The notes beneath the pieces are model-generated. The model did no database searches and was not told where the DNA came from. It worked only from the letters and a program-made list of their open reading frames with translations. A DNA stretch of 64,000 bases from the human T2T-CHM13v2.0 reference genome, Homo sapiens: NCBI RefSeq assembly GCF_009914755.1, contig NC_060947.1. One strand, written 5' to 3'. A program made the position numbers and the translations under genes. Shown here one piece after another: positions 57,816-64,000 of the stretch. The stretch's first letter is position 1. Each line of letters opens with the position of its first letter.

Positions 57816-60129
57816 CCAATGCTCCTTATTGGTGTCCAAGCTTGCTTTCATACCCAGATTCCAGTAGGGTATTATATTGATTTAATCAGGAGAAAGATGG
57901 GGGGACAAGCCTGTGATTTCAGAATCGCACAGTGTGTCCCAAACTTGGCTGACAGTCCTGGCCTTCAGAATGCTATAAACATACAGATTCCTAGGTCCCC
58001 ACCTAGAAATTCTGGAAAGGTAGGTCTGATGGAGGCTTAGAACTCTGGATTTAGACAGATAACATGGGCTGTTCTTGTTATCAGCCAAGCCTAGGGAACA
58101 GAAGGGGAGCAAGGGACTGATTGTGCATTCTTGATGGTAAAGACAGTTGGTAATGGCTTCCCCATCACTCCTCAGATGGCTATCATCTTTCCCCAGAAGG
58201 TTTGGCTGGTAAAAGCCCAAAGTTAACCTTTAAAAAGGGGATGTGCACACTGTAATAGGGGTGCTCCAGAAAACCAGACAATCTTCAAAACCACTCTAAT
58301 GAATCTCTCAGGAGGAAATCATAGCTGCTTGAAGGAGAGATGGAGTTGCTGACTCCTCACATCACATCACATCTCGGAGCCCACTCCAAGGAGGGATTGA
58401 GCAGAAAGAAGAATCAGGAGTGGCAGGTGGCAGTTGGAAAGTAATTGACTGTCCAAGGGCCATGTACTGACTCCCACTGGCCACTAGCCCCATGCTGCAA
58501 CATGGGGTGACAAGAACCAAAGGAGAGCTGGCATCCTAGACACCTCCATTTTTAGACGTCCTATATTGGGTCAGTGAAGATACTGTCAAGCTATCCATTG
58601 TGTGACAATACATAGCTATTTACCATGCTAAAATAGTCCGTTTTAGCATGGTAAAAAGAACCAGAGACACTGCTGGAGTTCTCTACTGCTGCTTCTCCAG
58701 CTCTCTCTTTGGAATTTCGGCACAAACTCGGTTTACAAGCCTCACAGAACACGCATGCAAAAGCCTTGGCCTGGTGAGAGGCACGTCCTCTGCATTCAGT
58801 ACATTAGTACGTATCATTGTCACTGCCATGTGCTAGACGTGCCTTCCATAAAGAGCCATGGTACTCTCCATGCCCTATGTCCCCTTATAGCTGAAGCTTC
58901 CCCTTCCATGGCCACTTGCTTAGGGCAGCAGGGCAAGGCCATCTTTGATGGATAGGGGGTACCTGGTGTGAAAGGCTCTACCTAATGAGCTGTTGGTAAA
59001 GAGTTAAGCCAATTATTCTGATTCCCTTTTGGGATTTTGATTTGGGATCTATCTGAGAAAGAGAGGATGGGGCAATGCTATGGAAAGAAGCAGAGATGCC
59101 ATGAGTGAGGGTGATTGGGGGCCCATGAAACAGTGACCGAAGCACCAGATGCATGGTCGCTGGATGCCAGGGCTGCTTCGGGTCTTAAAAGCTTCCGTGC
59201 CAAGTACTGGGCCAGGGATGGCCTTACCACAAACACCTTTTCCAGAGAGTGGGCTCATGGAGTCTTTGTTCTTTGTCTCCAGGAGAGCCAGGCAGCCCAC
59301 CAACCCAGAGAAATGGGGTTTTATTGAGGCATGAGGGAAGGGCAGCGGGTTAGGATTGGATGTCCTGGGCCTACTGAGACTCAATTTCCGCCTCTGTAAG
59401 AGGGGGGATGACAGTGTCTTTTCTGAAACCTCATGGGAATGGCATGGAAGATAATGTGCGCGAACCTTGTCATAGCATTCACCATCCTGTGCCCCGGTAT
59501 AACCACATTATCCTCAAGCCCATCTTCCATCTTAATTGTCCAACTTGCTTCTGCCTGACTTCTGGCAGTTTCCAAAAGCAAATGTTTCTCAAAAGACAAA
59601 GATTTGCCACTACTGAACATATTCGAATATTTGCTCAGATGGAAACAAGTGTGTGAAAAAAAGAACATGAACTCCTCTTAGAAAGAAAATCTAAGACCAG
59701 AAATGTGGCTTTTCCAAGATTAAAAGTCAGCCCGTCTCAGTAAGAAGGTTTTCCTTGCCAGCTACATTTGGAAGGCTGAGGGAAATCTTGAACAAATGAA
59801 TTTTTACTTTGAGTGGACTTATTGTTCTCAAGCTCACCCAGGGAGAAGAAGAGAACGTGCTAATGCTAATAAACCTATGAGTTTCCTTTCTGGTTACACA
59901 CCTGAACAACTTTCACATGATTTAGTTGTTAAATATGCATGTGAAATGGGACTTAGGTTAATCATGCATCATAAGTTAATCAATGCTTTATAATTAAAAC
60001 AATGTTGATTCAATAACTGTCTCAGCTGTGGATAATTAAACCAAAAGTTACTGAACATTTCTCCAAGCTGTATTGTATTCAAAATAATGAAAACTCTTTT
60101 TTGGTTTGTGTCATTAAGAGAAACATCTT

Positions 60130-60936
<807 letters not shown>

Positions 60937-62883
60937 TGATTTAAAAAGTTGACACCTCATAACTCTCAGTCATGTTTATAAGGCAAAGCTTACCCTCTTA
61001 GCTCACTGTCCCAGGTACTGAAGGAGGGAGGAAAATCTAAGTAGATAGCTCCCAAATCGTTTCAATGTTGCTTTGAAATCCCTAAGATATGGCAGGTTTA
61101 TGATAGGTCACTTCCTCCTTTTTGGGAAGTTTCTCTCTGTTACCGTTGGCTTAGGCTGATCAGTTCAGGTTCCCTGAAACTCAATCACTAAAGGAAGAAA
61201 GTCAGGTGCAAAGGGTAGAAGCAGAGACAGGAATGAGCTAAGAGTGGGCATAGAATTTGGAGTTTTCCTTGGATCATCAAAGAGTGAATAACATATCCAG
61301 GAGGGTTGAACAGATGTTAAAACCACATAAAACAGAGTTGGTGGGGTGGGGTCAGGGATATGAAATGTTTTCCTTGCAACAGAAAGCCTGTCTCGTAGGC
61401 CTACAGTTTCTATGGAAGACAGGTCTCCTAACTCCGGGTGACATCCTTTCCTTGGGCGGAGCTTCTTTTTGCTTAGATTCTTGGTATTCTGCAGAGGTTC
61501 TGGGTTGAGCCCTGATGGAATGTTCTCTCAGGAGCAGAAGGCTTGAGAGAAGTTCTGTTTCATTCCCTGGGGAGGGTTTTCAGGAGAGGAGTCCCATATG
61601 TGGCTTTATCCACTCTCCTGTTTCCCAGCGCCTCCCGCATGTCTTCTCCGTGTCTCCCCTCTTCAGGCCAACTGCCTGCGTCCCTTCATTCTATCTTGTA
61701 TTCCCATCGGCCTGCGGAGCGGTCTCTGCTGGATGGATGGACAGCCTTCACCCCAAACTTCAAAGGTGAAAAATGAGATTCAACATCCCCTTTGGGAGGC
61801 AGTCCAATCAAGTAGTTAACAACCATGTCACTGAAAGTCAAGCTGCCTGGGTTCAAATCCCAGTTCTGTCACTTAACGATGGCATGACCTGAGGCAAGTT
61901 CTTTAATTTAGCTATGCCTCAGTTTCCTCACCTATAACTGATGGATAGGATTCATGTTCTGAGCCAGGGGACCCATTAAGGGGACCCATAGGACTCATGT
62001 TCTGAGCCAGGATATTTTTGAGAGTGAATGGGGCTGGTTTTAAGAATTAAATCAGGACAACAGGCATCCTGTGGGACTGTCTCAGGCAAACCTAAAAAGA
62101 TGGTTATCCTCATAATTACGGTACCCACCTCATGAGGGCGTTGAGAGGGTCAAGGTTGTGAGAACAGTGTCTGGTACATGGGAAGGCTCTAGAAGCATTT
62201 TCTATTATCATTTGTCCCAAACGCAACACCTTTTTCTAATTTTTCCATTTCTGTAAGTGACCCCACCATTCTCCCAGTCTTCCAGGTTAGAATATCTGAA
62301 GCTATTTTTGACTTCCTTATCTTATTGGCTGATCTCTTGGATCTTTGGTCCCCCGTATCAGTTTGCAGTGTCATCATTGTGACCTGTAACATATGCATTG
62401 TGTCATGTTCACTTGTGACCTTAGTCACCTCTCCTCCAGCTGGCCCAGGCTGGTTCCTTCCCTTCCTGAGCCCCTGTTCCCTCATCTCTCAGGTGGGGAC
62501 GATGGTATTTGCCACCAAGGACACCCCAATTGCCAGGCTCTGGCATGGTCTCTGGACATCATAGACACTGTTACTTCCTTTCTGAATGCATGATAAACAT
62601 GTCACTGTGCTTTACAGGCTGTGGCGTGCTTTGTAAACACAAAAGGTAGTGTGGAGGGCCAAACAAACAACATCCACACCATGACTATAACTGACACAGG
62701 ACAGTCTTGAAATGTGTGAAAAATATTTGGGAAACCCTAGTCAGGAAATCATTTCAGGCAGAAGGGTTGGGGAGTGAGTGTTATCAACTTTTCAGCCATT
62801 TGAAGAGGCTTAATGAACACAAAGCATTAATCAGACTGGACATTCAGACAGGAAAACCCAAGGGTCAGAAGTTGGCCTTGGGA

Positions 62884-63310
<427 letters not shown>

Positions 63311-64000
63311 TCACCAGCCTTCTGACTACTCAGAAGCTTGCCTTCGTGCAGAGAGAGGTGCATTCCACTCTATGGGAGGGTGATGCTTTGTAAATACCAT
63401 TTCAATTGCTGGTTCTGTGACTTGGCCAGTGTGAATTGGCTTCTTTTAGAGTGTGCTGTTAAGACCACCAAATGTGAACTCCAAGAGAGCAGGAACTTTG
63501 TCTGTCTTGCTCACCTCTGTGTCCCTAGCACCTTGTAGAAAGTTCATACTCAATACAGTGTTGTTAAATCAGAGGAGGAACTATTGAAACCCCAACTCTG
63601 GACTGTGGTGAATTTACCAGGGTAAATGCCAGCCTGAGACACCCTTTGGGAGCCAAAAGAAAGGATGGCTTTTCTAGTGACACACCCATGTGTTATTGCA
63701 TAGTACAACCTTTGAAATGATGGCAATTGAAAACCAGTTGCTAACATTATTGCATGCTTGCCTGCTCTGTTTCAGGCCCAGTGCTCTGTGCCTTGCATGT
63801 GGTACCTTGCTTAGTTCTCACACTTCCATGAGAGCAGGTGCTGTGCTCGCCTGCAATGAGAATTCTCTGTGCCTGGAAGTTGAGCAACACATCCAGGTCT
63901 TTGTACATAGGGGTGGAGCCAGGATTTGAACCCAGGTCTGCTTGAGTCCCAGCCCAGGCCATACTGTCTTCTGGGGCGTTGAACCTGCAGCCTCCTTGTT

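Overview
Eukaryotic (human or very close hominid) genomic DNA, recognisable as Xp11.3. The left end holds the last two coding exons and 3' UTR of KDM6A/UTX (+ strand). The right part holds the last three coding exons, the long 3' UTR and introns of DIPK2B/CXorf36/DIA1R (- strand), so the genes are convergent. The ~37 kb between them and the introns are mostly Alu, L1, MaLR/ERV LTR and hAT MITE copies, plus a ~3 kb pure AT minisatellite (27455-30428). There are no prokaryotic features, and nearly all ORFs in the track are repeat artefacts. Best leads: (1) a second 5' splice site 17 nt into the last KDM6A intron would shift the last exon into an open frame, replacing the 9-aa tail with a 150-aa tail; (2) an MST LTR probably supplies the DIPK2B poly(A) signal; (3) a 125-bp local duplication and an exon-like segment lie in the DIPK2B 3' UTR; (4) several non-canonical retrotransposition or repair scars are present. 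Gene and repeat names come from recognition, not database searches, and repeat boundaries are approximate unless a TSD is given.
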